Assembly (NCBI GenBank): GCA_012523265.1
Contig: JAAYIU010000162.1
Location: 1-57,255 of the forward strand
Direction: 5' to 3'
From: Bacteroidales bacterium
GTDB lineage: Bacteria > Bacteroidota > Bacteroidia > Bacteroidales > 4484-276
DNA length: 57,255 nt
A program made the translations under genes and the position numbers. Below, piece by piece: positions 1 to 10,179 of the stretch (the stretch's first letter is position 1; every line of letters begins with the position of its first letter). The notes under the pieces were generated by a model that ran no database searches, was not told the DNA's origin, and saw only the letters and a list, made by a program, of their open reading frames with translations.

Positions 1-1102
1 AACGGCTCTGCGCATTGGTGCGATAAAGAACGGCAAACTCGCTGTTGGGCAACTGGTTGTTCATCTTTATCTCAAATACATTTTGCGCCACCAACTGCCC
101 CTCTTCGGTGTCGGAGGAAGTGCGCAGCAATTTTAGCTTGACACCTTCTTCGTTTTGCGTCCATATCTTTTTAAAAATCTGCTCCTTATTATAAGCTATC
201 ACGCTGTTGGCCGCGTTGACGATGTGTTGGGTAGAGCGATAATTCTGTTCGAGTTTATAGGTTTTAAGATCAGGATAATCTTTTTCAAAGTTGAGGATGT
301 TCTGAATGTTGGCGCCCCGGAAAGCGTAAATACTCTGGGCGTCGTCGCCAACCACGCAGATATTTTCGTAGCGGGCAGCCAGTTTTTTTACAATCAGATA
401 CTGGGCGTAGTTGGTATCCTGATATTCATCCACAAGAATGTACTGGAATTTCTTCTGATATTTCAGCAGCACATCGGGGAAGTCGCGCAGCAGCAGGTTC
501 ATATTAAAAAGCAAATCATCAAAGTCCATTGCCAGGGCGCGGCGGCAGCGGGCTGTGTACATCGAGTAGATGTTGCCGATAAAAGGCTTGGCAGCCATCT
601 TATCCTGGCTCATCAATTCGTGGTTGGCGTTGTAATCCTGGGCAGAGATGAGGTTGGATTTTGCCGACGAGATGCGTCCCAAGACATAGCCTGCCGGATA
701 AATCTTTGGATCAAGGCCAAGGTCTTTCAGTATGGAGCGCACCAGGCTTTTGGAATCGTCGGTGTCGTAGATGGTGAAGTTGGAAGGATAGCCCAGATGG
801 TGGCCCTCCGCGCGGAGCACACGAGCGAAGATGGCATGAAACGTTCCCATCCACACACTTTTGGCCTCGGTAGAGCCTACCAGGTTGTAGATGCGTTCTT
901 TCATTTCACGGGCGGCTTTGTTGGTAAAGGTGAGCGCCAGAATGTTGAACGGATCGATGCCCTGCTGCAGCATGTAGGCCACGCGGTAGGTCAGCACGCG
1001 CGTCTTGCCGGAGCCGGCGCCGGCAATCACCATGGCAGGGCCGCTGTAGTTGATCACACTCTCTTTTTGTACTTCGTTAAGGTCGTCAAGCAGGTTTTTC
1101 AC
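1..1102 (-). CDS. UvrD/PcrA/Rep-family ATP-dependent DNA helicase, N-terminal ~367 aa (3' end runs off the left window edge)
   Basis: My reverse-strand translation from GTG at 1102 reads VKNLLDDLNEVQKESV..AGAGSGKTRVLTYRVAYM (Walker A)..LVDEYQDTNYAQY (motif II)..VVGDDAQSIYAFRGA..LEQNYRST. The listed + ORF 155..1117 is its antisense shadow. Confidence 0.9.
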   Translation of the reverse strand, partial: MKNLLDDLNEVQKESVINYSGPAMVIAGAGSGKTRVLTYRVAYMLQQGIDPFNILALTFTNKAAREMKERIYNLVGSTEAKSVWMGTFHAIFARVLRAEGHHLGYPSNFTIYDTDDSKSLVRSILKDLGLDPKIYPAGYVLGRISSAKSNLISAQDYNANHELMSQDKMAAKPFIGNIYSMYTARCRRALAMDFDDLLFNMNLLLRDFPDVLLKYQKKFQYILVDEYQDTNYAQYLIVKKLAARYENICVVGDDAQSIYAFRGANIQNILNFEKDYPDLKTYKLEQNYRSTQHIVNAANSVIAYNKEQIFKKIWTQNEEGVKLKLLRTSSDTEEGQLVAQNVFEIKMNNQLPNSEFAVLYRTNAQSR

Positions 1103-1204
1103 AATAAAATATTTTAGGCTCCAAAATTAGTGGTTTTGGAAGAAGCAAAAGGGAATTGTTAAAAAGATTGAGAAATAGGAGCGCCAAATGTCGCGTCTTG
1201 GAGT

Positions 1205-1862
1205 TGGACTTTACTTCATTATTCTGCAGTTCGATATTCTGCGGTTCGATATTCAAAAAGAATATCGAATCCCGTACGTACGGGACCGAATATAGAATGT
1301 AGAAGTGGTGCGATGTTCGATGAATCTTAATTCTCCGAAAAAGGCTCCAAAACTTGCTCTTTGCGCCCCGCGCTTTCTTTCTTCACTTCCCTTTGACAGC
1401 GGTGGTTGAGCTTGTCGAAACCAATGGTGGCTGAGTTGGGTGTTGAGCCTGTCGAAATCAGTCGAAGCCAGGGCAGGCTTTATTCTGCGGTTCGATATTC
1501 AAAAAATAAAACGAATCTCGAATACCGAACACCGAATCTTGAATGTAGAAGTAGATTGATGACCAATGAATCTTAATTCTCCTAAATCGACGAAAAAATA
1601 TCAGAAATCGCGATCATAACCTTTGCGTCCAGCGCCAGGCTCTTAGCGCCCTGCGCCAATTCTCCGAAAGCAACGAAAAGAAAAAAAATCGAATTTCGAA
1701 TTTCGAACACCGAATATTGAATGTAGAAGTGGCTTTATTTTCTATGAATCTGAATTCTCCGAAAGCGACGGAAATTAGAAAAAGGGAATTTCGAATATCG
1801 AACATCGAATCTCGAATGTAGAAGTGCCTCAATGTTCGATGAATCTGAATTCTCCGGAAGCT
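1205..1862. repeat. Array of four direct ~80-bp repeat copies (CGAATATCGAACAYCGAAT..GAATGTAGAAGT..GATGAATCTKAATTCTCCGAAA) interleaved with other short repeat motifs
   Basis: GAATGTAGAAGT occurs at 1295, 1541, 1719 and 1814. Each is followed 12-20 nt later by (G/A)ATGAATCT(T/G)AATTCTCC. ATTCTGCGGTTCGATATTCAAAAA occurs at 1231-1254 and ~1483. ORFs called here are repeat artefacts. Confidence 0.8.
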
Positions 1863-1874
1863 ACAGTAAAGAAA

Positions 1875-2645
1875 TCAGAAACCGTTGGTATAGCCCCCCA
1901 CGCACTTCGCCCCACGCCCCGCGCCACGCGTCCTGCGCCCTGCTGCATGCCGTATATGCACAAGCCATATGGCCAAAGCAAAGGCGCCGGCAGAAGTACA
2001 TACATGCCACAGCCAATGTGTTCCGTTGGGCAGCAGCGGCTGGCTGTAGTCGTCGGCATAACGGAAAAACAAAGCCAGTACCAGAAATAGCACGCTGATA
2101 ACCGGAAGATATATTTTGTAAAAATTGGTTTTGATAAGAAAGATGATAGCCGGCAAAAAAATCATCAGGCCTGTTACGAAGTAGCCGCTGTTGATGCGCC
2201 CGCTGCCCTCGAAAAGCATAAATGAAAGCCACCGCATCAACGCAAAAAGCGTTATTACCAAAATGAGCCAGGCCTTATGTGGTAATATTTTGAGCCAAAG
2301 ATAAATGCTCACCGACAGGGTAAGTAATGCGATGGGGACAAAATCCATAAAAAGAAAAAAGTTGGATGCACGAAAAGCATGATAAATGGTGCTGCCGATG
2401 CCGCCCAAAGCCATGAGTGGTGCGGCCCAAAATATCAGGAAGGCATATTCGCGGTACCGGCCACGCAGCTGCCACAAAAGATAAAACACAGGGATAAGAA
2501 AGGTGAGCGACGAGAAGGCATTCCACGGCTCAACGATGGTGCGGCTCAGGTCGGTCTCGAAGTACCACGGCCCACTGTCGCCCAGGCCGACAGTGGCAGA
2601 TAGAAAATTTGAAATAGCTAAACCCATTTTTTTTGATCGTAACAA
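1875..2645 (-). CDS. Polytopic membrane protein of the alkaline-ceramidase / PAQR (CREST) hydrolase type
   Basis: 256-aa ORF with ~7 hydrophobic segments. Motifs: VEPWNAFSSL (ceramidase-like EPxN..S), GSTIYH (SxxxH), FMDF Asp, GTHWLWHV (HxxxH). The last ~35 codons run into a GC-rich repeat. Confidence 0.55.
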   Translation of the reverse strand: MLRSKKMGLAISNFLSATVGLGDSGPWYFETDLSRTIVEPWNAFSSLTFLIPVFYLLWQLRGRYREYAFLIFWAAPLMALGGIGSTIYHAFRASNFFLFMDFVPIALLTLSVSIYLWLKILPHKAWLILVITLFALMRWLSFMLFEGSGRINSGYFVTGLMIFLPAIIFLIKTNFYKIYLPVISVLFLVLALFFRYADDYSQPLLPNGTHWLWHVCTSAGAFALAIWLVHIRHAAGRRTRGAGRGAKCVGGYTNGF

Positions 2646-2656
2646 TCCCTGCCGGG

Positions 2657-3604
2657 CTATTGTTCAGATGAAATGACCACACGGCTGGCGCTGCTTGTGC
2701 TCCAGGCACCGAAAGCACCAAAAGCACCGTTGCTTATATTTCCGTTTACGTTGGCTGGTGCGCCGCTAAAGAGTGGCGACTGATAGCTCACTTCCTCCTG
2801 CAACTGCCAAAGAAACTCTGCATAATCTTTTGTAATGCGCGACACGCTTAGCGTAACTTCGTCGCCCGGGAAAAGCTGCTCGTTTATATCTGATTGATTG
2901 AGATAGCCCACACCGATGCCATTGGTATAATTGCCGTTGTACAGCAGGTCGTCAACCACGAATACTTCGGTGATGGTGTCGGTCACCAACACGCCGTTGC
3001 GGTAGAGGTTAAACATATAATAATCCTCTGTGGGCGGATCCCATACGTAACATTTTACCTCCCATATTCCGTCCGGCCCCCAGTCGTCGTGAAACGCAAG
3101 GGCAATGCTGTCCATCTGACTGATGGGATATATATGCGACGCAGCAGAGTAGGTGTCGGTGCCGCCGATGGCTTCGGGCAAAAGGATGTCGAGCTGGTAA
3201 TCGCTTCCGATGCGCCCGGCTACGTTCGGGTCGGTGAAATAATTGCCGGAGCCTGCAGGCGTTTCTGTGAGGATATATTTCTCTTCTGCGTTGCTGATGG
3301 TTACTTCAGCACCCGACACCCTTTTGGGAGGCTGGTTATCGAAATAGTCGGCGGTGGTGCTGAGCTTTACAAGATGCGCCGCGGTATCCGACGAAAAACG
3401 GGCGTCCACCACCAGTCGCGTATATTGCTGCTGGTCCAGGTTAACATCTATCTTTTCGGTGCATCCCGCCAAAGCAGCAACAAGTATTGCGAAAGCGATA
3501 TATTTAAAAATTCTCGTTTTCGATGCGCTCGTATTTTGCCAAACGCAACTTCTTATATTGCTTTTTTGCATTTGAAAATTTGTCATTTGAGATTTATTTG
3601 TCAT
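2657..3604 (-). CDS. DUF4249-type lipoprotein (usual partner of the adjacent TonB-dependent receptor); start codon uncertain (3604, 3586 or 3571)
   Basis: Signal peptide with lipobox (FAILVAALAGC). Size and position directly downstream of a CarboxypepD_reg-type TonB receptor fit the family. The DUF4249 assignment is from memory. Confidence 0.6.
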   Translation of the reverse strand: MTNKSQMTNFQMQKSNIRSCVWQNTSASKTRIFKYIAFAILVAALAGCTEKIDVNLDQQQYTRLVVDARFSSDTAAHLVKLSTTADYFDNQPPKRVSGAEVTISNAEEKYILTETPAGSGNYFTDPNVAGRIGSDYQLDILLPEAIGGTDTYSAASHIYPISQMDSIALAFHDDWGPDGIWEVKCYVWDPPTEDYYMFNLYRNGVLVTDTITEVFVVDDLLYNGNYTNGIGVGYLNQSDINEQLFPGDEVTLSVSRITKDYAEFLWQLQEEVSYQSPLFSGAPANVNGNISNGAFGAFGAWSTSSASRVVISSEQ

Positions 3605-3660
3605 TGTTTTTATCTTTTGTAATTTCTGTTCGCATCATATTCATACCATTATCCTTTTTA

Positions 3661-3727
3661 TTTGGGCTAAAGCCCGCTTATGATTATACAGCCTTCTGTC
3701 CCCGGCCTGAAGGCCGGGGTTAGTGAG
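3661..3727 (-). repeat. Two-hairpin REP-like element, copy 1
   Basis: TTTGGGCTAAAGCCC..N..CCCCGGCCTGAAGGCCGGGGTTAGTGA. It lies 50 nt downstream of the TonB-receptor stop, and the ATCACTAACC end is proximal to that stop. Confidence 0.85.
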
Positions 3728-3776
3728 CAGCAGGATGCATGGTTCATTATTTTCTTTCGGTTTAGGCGCTTCATTT

Positions 3777-6137
3777 TTAAAATTTAAAATTATAAGATAT
3801 ACTTGGTATCACCGAGAAGAGATAGGTCATCTCGGCGTAGGTCTGGTAGCCGCCGTCGCCGCTTTCCTGCACAAAATTGATGGCCCAGGGGTTTTTGCGT
3901 CCGTAGGCATTATATACCGAGAGGTTCCACTCGCCGTACCATTTGCGGTCGGGGTTCCGGCGCGGGCGCAAGGTCACCGACAGGTCGAGCCGGTGGTAGT
4001 CGGGCATGCGGTAGTCGTTGCGGTCGGAATAGATGGGCGCTACCACCCCACCCCACACCGCGCGACCTGTTGGAAAAGTAACGGGCAACCCGGTAGAATA
4101 AACCCAGTTAAGCCCGGCGCTCCAGCGTTGGCTTATATCGTAATTGATTACCACAGTGATATCGTTGGGCTTGTCGTAAGGAGCCACATATTTCTTCCCG
4201 TCGTTGATAGCTTCAATTTTACGTTCGGCTTTTGATAACGTATAACTAATCCAGCCGGTGAGATTTCCCTGCCTTTTCTGCACCATCAGCTCCAGGCCAT
4301 AGGCCCGTGAACGGCCAAAACGCAGCTCTGCTTCCAGCTCCCGGTTGAGGAGCAACTGCGCGTGGTCTTTAAAGTCGATGGTGTTTTGCATGTTTTTATA
4401 ATATACTTCAGCGGAAGCTTCAAACATGTTGTTATCAAAATTACGGAAATAGCCCAGCGCTCCCTGGTCGCTCACTTGCGGTTTCACATTGGGGCTTGCC
4501 GAAAACCAGATGTCGAGCGGCGTGCCGGCGGTAGAGTTTTGTCCGAGTTGCAAATATTGTATCGTTCGCGAATAGCTTCCCTTTACCGACGCCCGCTCGC
4601 TTAGCAAATACACAAAACCTATGCGCGGCTCCAGATGCGTATAAGTGTTGTAAACTTCGCCGGCGCGAATTGGCTCCCGCTCGACGATGTTATAATTTTC
4701 GTCGAAATGATAGAGTGTGTCGGCGCCCACATTTTGAAACATCGAAAACCGCAACCCATATTTTAGCCTAAGCAAAGCCCCTATCTTTTGCTCATTACTT
4801 GCATAAATTCCCGATTCGTACGCAAACTTGGATAGGATGTCGTAACTGTTCAGGAAAGTTTCGTCGCCGATGCCGCGCGCTTCGCCGGGGCTAAAAGTGT
4901 GATGGATGAGGCTTGCGCCAAAACGGATGGTGTTGTCGGTATTGAGAAACCAGGTGAAGTCGGCTTTGCCGCTGTAGTCGATAAGCTCCGATTTCCATTC
5001 AAAGGAGTTGGCCTCGCCTTCGGGAGTGCCCAGGCTATAGTCATAGCGCGAGCGCAGCAGGGTAAAATTGGAAAAGAGTTTTTTGCTAAAAAGATGATTC
5101 CAACGCAGGGTGAAGGTGCCGTTGCCCATATTCATACTTGCAAATTCATTTTTAAAAACATCGCGCCCCAGATAGGCAGAGAAAAACACACGGTTGTTTT
5201 CGTTGAAGGTGTGACTAATCTTAGCGTTCAGATCCCAAAAGAAGAGCTTGCTTCCCTGCAGGTCGTCGTTGCCAAAAAGCGGGATAAACAAGTCGGCATA
5301 GGTGCGGCGGCCGGAAACAATAAAGGAGGTATTCTCATCTGCTATCGGCCCTTCCAGAGTGAGACGGCTCGAGATAAGTCCGATGCCGCCGGTGGCTGCA
5401 AACTTTTGATTATTCCCATCCTTCATCCGCACATCGAGCAGCGACGACAGGCGGCCGCCATAGGCAGGCGGAATGTCGCCTTTGTAGAGTTTCACATCTT
5501 TGATGGCATCATTATTAAAAACCGAGAAAAATCCCAGCAGGTGGCCTGAGTTGTAAACGGTGGCTTCGTCGAGCAGCACCAGGTTCTGGTCGATGCTACC
5601 ACCCCGCACGCTAAAGCCGGTGCTGCCTTCCGACACGGTTTTTACGCCGGGCAGCAATTGTATGGCGCGGATCACATCCGTTTCGCCAAACAAAGCCGGA
5701 ATCTGGTCGATGGTTTTGGTCTCCATGCGCATCACGCTCATCTCGGCAGCGCGCACGTTGCGGTCGATGCGCTCGCCGCTGATCACCACTTCGTCGAGCT
5801 GCTGATCGACGGGCACAAGCCGCACATCGAGCGTGCGATCTATATCGAGCACCACTTTATGCTGCTGCGATTTGTAACCAATAAAAGAAAAGTTGAGCGT
5901 GTAATGTCCCGCCGGCAAACTCAAAGCATAAAACCCGTAAACATTGCTGCTCGCACCACTTTGGTTTTCGGTGATGTAAACGGTGGCGCCGATAAGCATT
6001 TCGCCGGTGCGGGCGTCGGAGATGTAACCGCTGATGTTGGGCTTCTTTACTTCACCATCCGGCTCTGCTGCCCTGCTGCACAGTGTCGAAAGAAGCGTCG
6101 CAAGCAGCAGGATAATTATTTTAAGATACATTTTCAT
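3777..6137 (-). CDS. TonB-dependent outer-membrane receptor with N-terminal carboxypeptidase-regulatory-like domain
   Basis: I prefer the start at MKMYLKIIILLLATLL (6137), which gives a signal peptide. Other features: ISGYISDARTGEMLIGATVYI (CarboxypepD_reg-like), a plug region, a long beta-barrel and a C-terminal ..SISYNFKF terminal Phe. The 6329 start adds 64 implausible residues. Confidence 0.85.
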   Translation of the reverse strand: MKMYLKIIILLLATLLSTLCSRAAEPDGEVKKPNISGYISDARTGEMLIGATVYITENQSGASSNVYGFYALSLPAGHYTLNFSFIGYKSQQHKVVLDIDRTLDVRLVPVDQQLDEVVISGERIDRNVRAAEMSVMRMETKTIDQIPALFGETDVIRAIQLLPGVKTVSEGSTGFSVRGGSIDQNLVLLDEATVYNSGHLLGFFSVFNNDAIKDVKLYKGDIPPAYGGRLSSLLDVRMKDGNNQKFAATGGIGLISSRLTLEGPIADENTSFIVSGRRTYADLFIPLFGNDDLQGSKLFFWDLNAKISHTFNENNRVFFSAYLGRDVFKNEFASMNMGNGTFTLRWNHLFSKKLFSNFTLLRSRYDYSLGTPEGEANSFEWKSELIDYSGKADFTWFLNTDNTIRFGASLIHHTFSPGEARGIGDETFLNSYDILSKFAYESGIYASNEQKIGALLRLKYGLRFSMFQNVGADTLYHFDENYNIVEREPIRAGEVYNTYTHLEPRIGFVYLLSERASVKGSYSRTIQYLQLGQNSTAGTPLDIWFSASPNVKPQVSDQGALGYFRNFDNNMFEASAEVYYKNMQNTIDFKDHAQLLLNRELEAELRFGRSRAYGLELMVQKRQGNLTGWISYTLSKAERKIEAINDGKKYVAPYDKPNDITVVINYDISQRWSAGLNWVYSTGLPVTFPTGRAVWGGVVAPIYSDRNDYRMPDYHRLDLSVTLRPRRNPDRKWYGEWNLSVYNAYGRKNPWAINFVQESGDGGYQTYAEMTYLFSVIPSISYNFKF

Positions 6138-6379
6138 AAATGAATTCGTAAGGTTTAGGTGGTTTCGATTGGATAGACTATCGACACAAAATCCGGTTAC
6201 AACCCAAAGAGACAAAAATGGTGTTTTGTTGGAGATTGAAAGAAAACTGAACAATGTATTTGTCTTTTTTGTTGCAAAAGTGATTGATTTTCTGTGCGTA
6301 ATGTTTTTTATCGATACATTCATTTTCAAAAAATCATCTTTTCAAAACGCACTGTTTTTAACAACATCATCCTACTTTA

Positions 6380-8376
6380 TGAGTTTTCTTCGCATCATTC
6401 TTATTTTCGTGCTGATTGGATTTTCACTTTCCGCATCAGCCAACCCGACTGATCCGAAGACCGACACTGCAGGCACTACGCAACAAATAGAGTGGCTCAT
6501 CCTGCACGGCAACAACAGCAACAATACCAACCTCGACTCGGCGCTTTACTACTCCAATCAGGCCGTAAAAATTGCGGAAGCAGCAAATCACTTTTTGCAA
6601 GGCAACAGCTACTTAACCCTCGGACGCACCTGGGCCAACCACACCGTTGCCGATTCGGCAGAGAAATATTTTAATAAAGCCCTTTTATTTTTTAAAAATC
6701 AAAATGATAGCATCGGCATCGCGCGGGCTATCAGCAAACTTGTGTTTGTCGAAAGTTTCTTGCGCAGCAATTACGAGCGTGCCATGGAATATGGTTATCA
6801 AAGTCTTGACATCTGGGAAAAAACCGGCAATACAAGCGGCCTGGCAGCGGCATACAACGACCTGGCCGGAATTTTTCAGGTGCAAAAACGTTATGATGCT
6901 TCCAATGAAATGTTGCAAAAAGCTATTGCATTAATACAGCAGCAAACCGAACCAAACCAGGGCGAGCTTGCATATGGATTGTCGATGCTGGCGCAAAACC
7001 ACATGTATCAGCATCAGTTCGACACCGCATTGTTTTACAACCAAAAAGCCATCGACATTTACAACCAACTAAATCAGCAGGTGAGTCTGGCGGTTGAGTA
7101 CAACAATCGTGGCAACATGTTCAAGCTTGCCGGGCGATACGACGAAGCTATTGAGTCTTACAAACACAGTCTGAAGCTGGCTACCGAAAGTAAGTTTAAG
7201 ACCATCAGGTCGGCGCTGTTTGCCAACATCGGCCATGTTAAACTGCTTCAGGGCAACTATTCCAAAGCCCTGCCCTACACCCTGAACGCCGTACAAATGA
7301 TGGAAGAGGCCGGCATGGAGGGAAACCTGGTAGAGAATTACACCCATCTGGCCGCCATTTATGCTGCGCTGGGGCGCAATGGTCAGGCTTATCGTTATCA
7401 ACAAAAGGCAATGGCAATAAATGACAGCCTCTTCTCGATAGAAAAAGAACAGATCATGGCCGAGATGGCAGCGCGCTACGAAAGCCGGGAGCAGGAAAAG
7501 GAGATCGCCACACAGCGTGAACAACTGGCACAGCAAGAAAAAATGCAACGCTTAAGCTGGTATATCGGAGGGCTGATGGTACTGGTATTATTGTTACTCA
7601 CCGGAATTGCGCTGGGCTTGCGCCATCGGATACGATTTATTAAAAAAGCCAAGGCTGCTATTGAAAAAGAAAAAGAGCGCTCCGAAAAGCTGCTGCTCAA
7701 CATCCTGCCTGCTGCCGTTGCCGAAGAGCTAAAAGAAAAGGGGACGGCACAGGCGCGCATGTATGACGAGGTGACCGTGCTGTTCACCGATTTTAAAGAC
7801 TTTACCATTGTGGCCGAAAAAATGAATGCCCAGGATTTGGTGGCAGAAATACATTACTGTTTTAAAAAGTTTGATGAGATCATCACCAAATATGGAATAG
7901 AGAAAATAAAAACCATCGGCGATGCCTACATGTGCGCCGGCGGGTTGCCCGTGCCAGGCAGCACGCACGCGCAGGATGTGGTGATGGCAGCTTTGGAAAT
8001 TCAGGAATTTATGAGAACTGAAAAAATTACCAGAGAGAAAAATAATCTGCATTTTTTCGAGCTGAGGGTGGGAATCCATACCGGCTCTGTGGTAGCCGGC
8101 ATTGTGGGTATCAAAAAATTCCAGTACGACATCTGGGGCGACACAGTGAACACTGCCCATCGGATGGAAACAAGCTGCGAACCCGGAAAAGTCAACATTT
8201 CACAATCAACCTACGAAAAGATTAAACGGCAGTTTAAATGTATCCCACGCGGAAAAATTGCTGCCAAACACAAAGGGCTTATCGCCATGTATTTTGTGGA
8301 AGAGTTGATAAAATCATCCGCTGCGAACGATAAGAAAGGCCACAGCACCAACAATAAACCTCCTAAAAATGCGTAA
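6380..8376 (+). CDS. TPR-repeat sensor / class III adenylate (guanylate) cyclase
   Basis: Start at MSFLRIILIFVLIGF (signal/TM). TPR-like repeats come next, then a TM segment (WYIGGLMVLVLLLLTGIAL). Cyclase motifs: VTVLFTDFKDFT, KTIGDAYMCAGGLP, RVGIHTGSVVAGIVG, YDIWGDTVNTAHRMETS. Confidence 0.85.
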
Positions 8377-8418
8377 TCTGCAAAGAAAAAACAGGCTTGT
8401 GCCGCTAAGAAATTTCAC

Positions 8419-9882
8419 ATGATCCGACGTATTATTCCCATTCTGATATCCTTTTCGCTGGCACTGCTGCTCGTGCTTTCTGCCTGTCGCAAAGACGACA
8501 CCATCAACAAAAGCCCGTCGGTGCGGCTTGAGTTCTCGTCCGACACGTTGATCTTCGACACCGTTTTTACTTCCATAGGCTCCATCACCGAACAGATTCG
8601 CGTGCGCAATACCAGCGATGAAAAAATCAATATTTCGCGCATAAAACTTGCCCGTGGCGCCGAATCGCGCTACAGCATCAACGTGAACGGCATGGCAGGC
8701 AACGATTTTCAAAATATCGAAATCCGCGGCAACGACAGCATCTACATCTTCGCCAAAGTTACCATCAACCCCAACGATGCCACCGCTCCTTTTGTCATCA
8801 CCGATTCCATCGTTTTTGATATCAATGGCAACCAACAGGATGTCGATTTGGTGGCCTGGGGGCAAAACGCACGCTACATCCTCTGGGACACCGACCGCCC
8901 CAATCTGCCACGCTACAAAATTGTGGCCGGCGAAGGCATCGATACTACCTGGACTAATGAACTTCCCATCGTTGTTTATGGCTATGCCGTAGTTGATTCT
9001 ACCGGCAGCCTCACCATCAATGCCGGCACAAAAGTGCATTTTCATAATGGCTCCGGATTGTGGATTTATAAAGGCGGCTCTCTTAAAGTAATGGGCACGC
9101 AGGAAGAACCCGTTTATTTCCAGGGCGACAGGCTGGAATCGTTTTATGCCGATCTGCCCGGACAGTGGGACCGCATCTGGATAAACGAAGGCGCAGTAGA
9201 TAATGTGATTAATTACGCTGTGATTCGCAATGGGTTTATCGGTTTGCAAGCCGAAACGCTTCAACAATACATGGGCAACCAGCTAACGCTCAGCAACACC
9301 ATCATCGAGAATATGTCGGGCGCGGGCATCCTCACGCGCTACTATGTGATTGCTGCACAAAACTGCGTTATCGCCAACTGCGGGCAATATGCGCTGGCAC
9401 TTACGCTGGGCGGCGCTTACGACTTCCGCCAAACACCCATAGCCAACTACTGGAATTATGGCGTGCGCAACACCGCTTCGGTATATCTCAACAACTATTT
9501 CCTCGACAAAAACTACCAGCCCGTAGCCTATCCCTTTGAGGCTTATTTCGGCAACAACATAATGTACGGCAGCCAACGCAACGAGCTGGTGATCGACGAC
9601 ACAGTGGCCGAATTTAAATATACTTTCGACCATTGCCTGATCAAAACAGAGATAAACATTGCGCAGGATTCTAATTTTATAAATAGTTTTAAAAACAAAG
9701 ACCCGCTCTTTGTGGATTATCGCCAAAACGACTTCCGTCCCGACAGCCTGTCGCCCGCCCTCGGTGTCGGCAGCCCCGGAGTAGCGGCTACTGTTCCTTT
9801 CGACATCAACGGCATTTCACGCACCGAAAGCCCCGACCTGGGTGCCTACCAATGGGTGCCTACTATTCCGCGGAGGAGATAG
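8419..9882 (+). CDS. Lipoprotein, probably with a right-handed beta-helix region; function unknown
   Basis: 487-aa ORF with lipoprotein signal LALLLVLSAC. Gly/Asn-rich repeats (TINAGTKVHFHNGSGLWIYKGGSL, IENMSGAGIL) are typical of parallel beta-helix proteins. Confidence 0.6.
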   Translation: MIRRIIPILISFSLALLLVLSACRKDDTINKSPSVRLEFSSDTLIFDTVFTSIGSITEQIRVRNTSDEKINISRIKLARGAESRYSINVNGMAGNDFQNIEIRGNDSIYIFAKVTINPNDATAPFVITDSIVFDINGNQQDVDLVAWGQNARYILWDTDRPNLPRYKIVAGEGIDTTWTNELPIVVYGYAVVDSTGSLTINAGTKVHFHNGSGLWIYKGGSLKVMGTQEEPVYFQGDRLESFYADLPGQWDRIWINEGAVDNVINYAVIRNGFIGLQAETLQQYMGNQLTLSNTIIENMSGAGILTRYYVIAAQNCVIANCGQYALALTLGGAYDFRQTPIANYWNYGVRNTASVYLNNYFLDKNYQPVAYPFEAYFGNNIMYGSQRNELVIDDTVAEFKYTFDHCLIKTEINIAQDSNFINSFKNKDPLFVDYRQNDFRPDSLSPALGVGSPGVAATVPFDINGISRTESPDLGAYQWVPTIPRRR

Positions 9883-9914
9883 CACAAGGAGAGAGAGTTT
9901 TCTGATCATTTAAA

Positions 9915-9990
9915 TTTCCCGGCCATAAATGGCCGGGCTAAGGATTCAGAGAAATTGAATCAGAGAAATTGCTATAAATGGCCGGGCTAC
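9915..9990. repeat. Partial or variant REP-like element (CCCGGCCATAAATGGCCGGGCTAAGGAT) with an internal short tandem duplication
   Basis: Hairpin CCCGGCCATAAATGGCCGGG is at 9918-9937. ATAAATGGCCGGGCTA recurs at ~9974. AATCAGAGAAATTG is duplicated in tandem. It resembles the CCCCGGCATTTATGCCGGGGCTAAAAGAC module at 37085. Confidence 0.5.
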
Positions 9991-10088
9991 GGATGCTCAC
10001 AATAAACCCTTACGATAGAGAGAGACACTGCTTCGTTTTTTTATAAAAAAAGCTTGCTTGGGATGGATAATAGAACAAATAATTTCGA

Positions 10089-10096
10089 TACATTTG
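10089..10096 (+). promoter_or_regulatory. Candidate Bacteroidota -7 promoter box (TACATTTG)
   Basis: Matches TAnnTTTG, 84 nt upstream of the 10180 start. Confidence 0.3.
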
Positions 10097-10179
10097 TTCC
10101 GTAATAGATGGCTGATACTCAAAATGAGGGGAATGGCATTTATTGTAACCTATTATTCATCAAAAAAGAAAGGGCTTTT

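Noticed and set aside
155-1117. 320-aa + strand ORF
   Set aside because: It is the antisense shadow of the UvrD-like helicase. The minus-strand translation carries unmistakable helicase motifs, while the + ORF has no recognisable motifs and starts at TTG.
1824-2232. Several 76-123 aa ORFs on both strands around 1824-2232
   Set aside because: They overlap the ceramidase-like gene or are translations of the GC-rich and CGAATATCGAA repeats.
6034-6379. Long N-terminal extension of the adenylate cyclase ORF (start at 6034)
   Set aside because: It would overlap the TonB-receptor gene's 5' end on the other strand. The internal ATG at 6380 gives a normal signal/TM N-terminus.
8314-9267. 317-aa minus-strand ORF
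   Set aside because: It is antisense to the beta-helix lipoprotein gene and spans the intergenic gap at 8377-8418.
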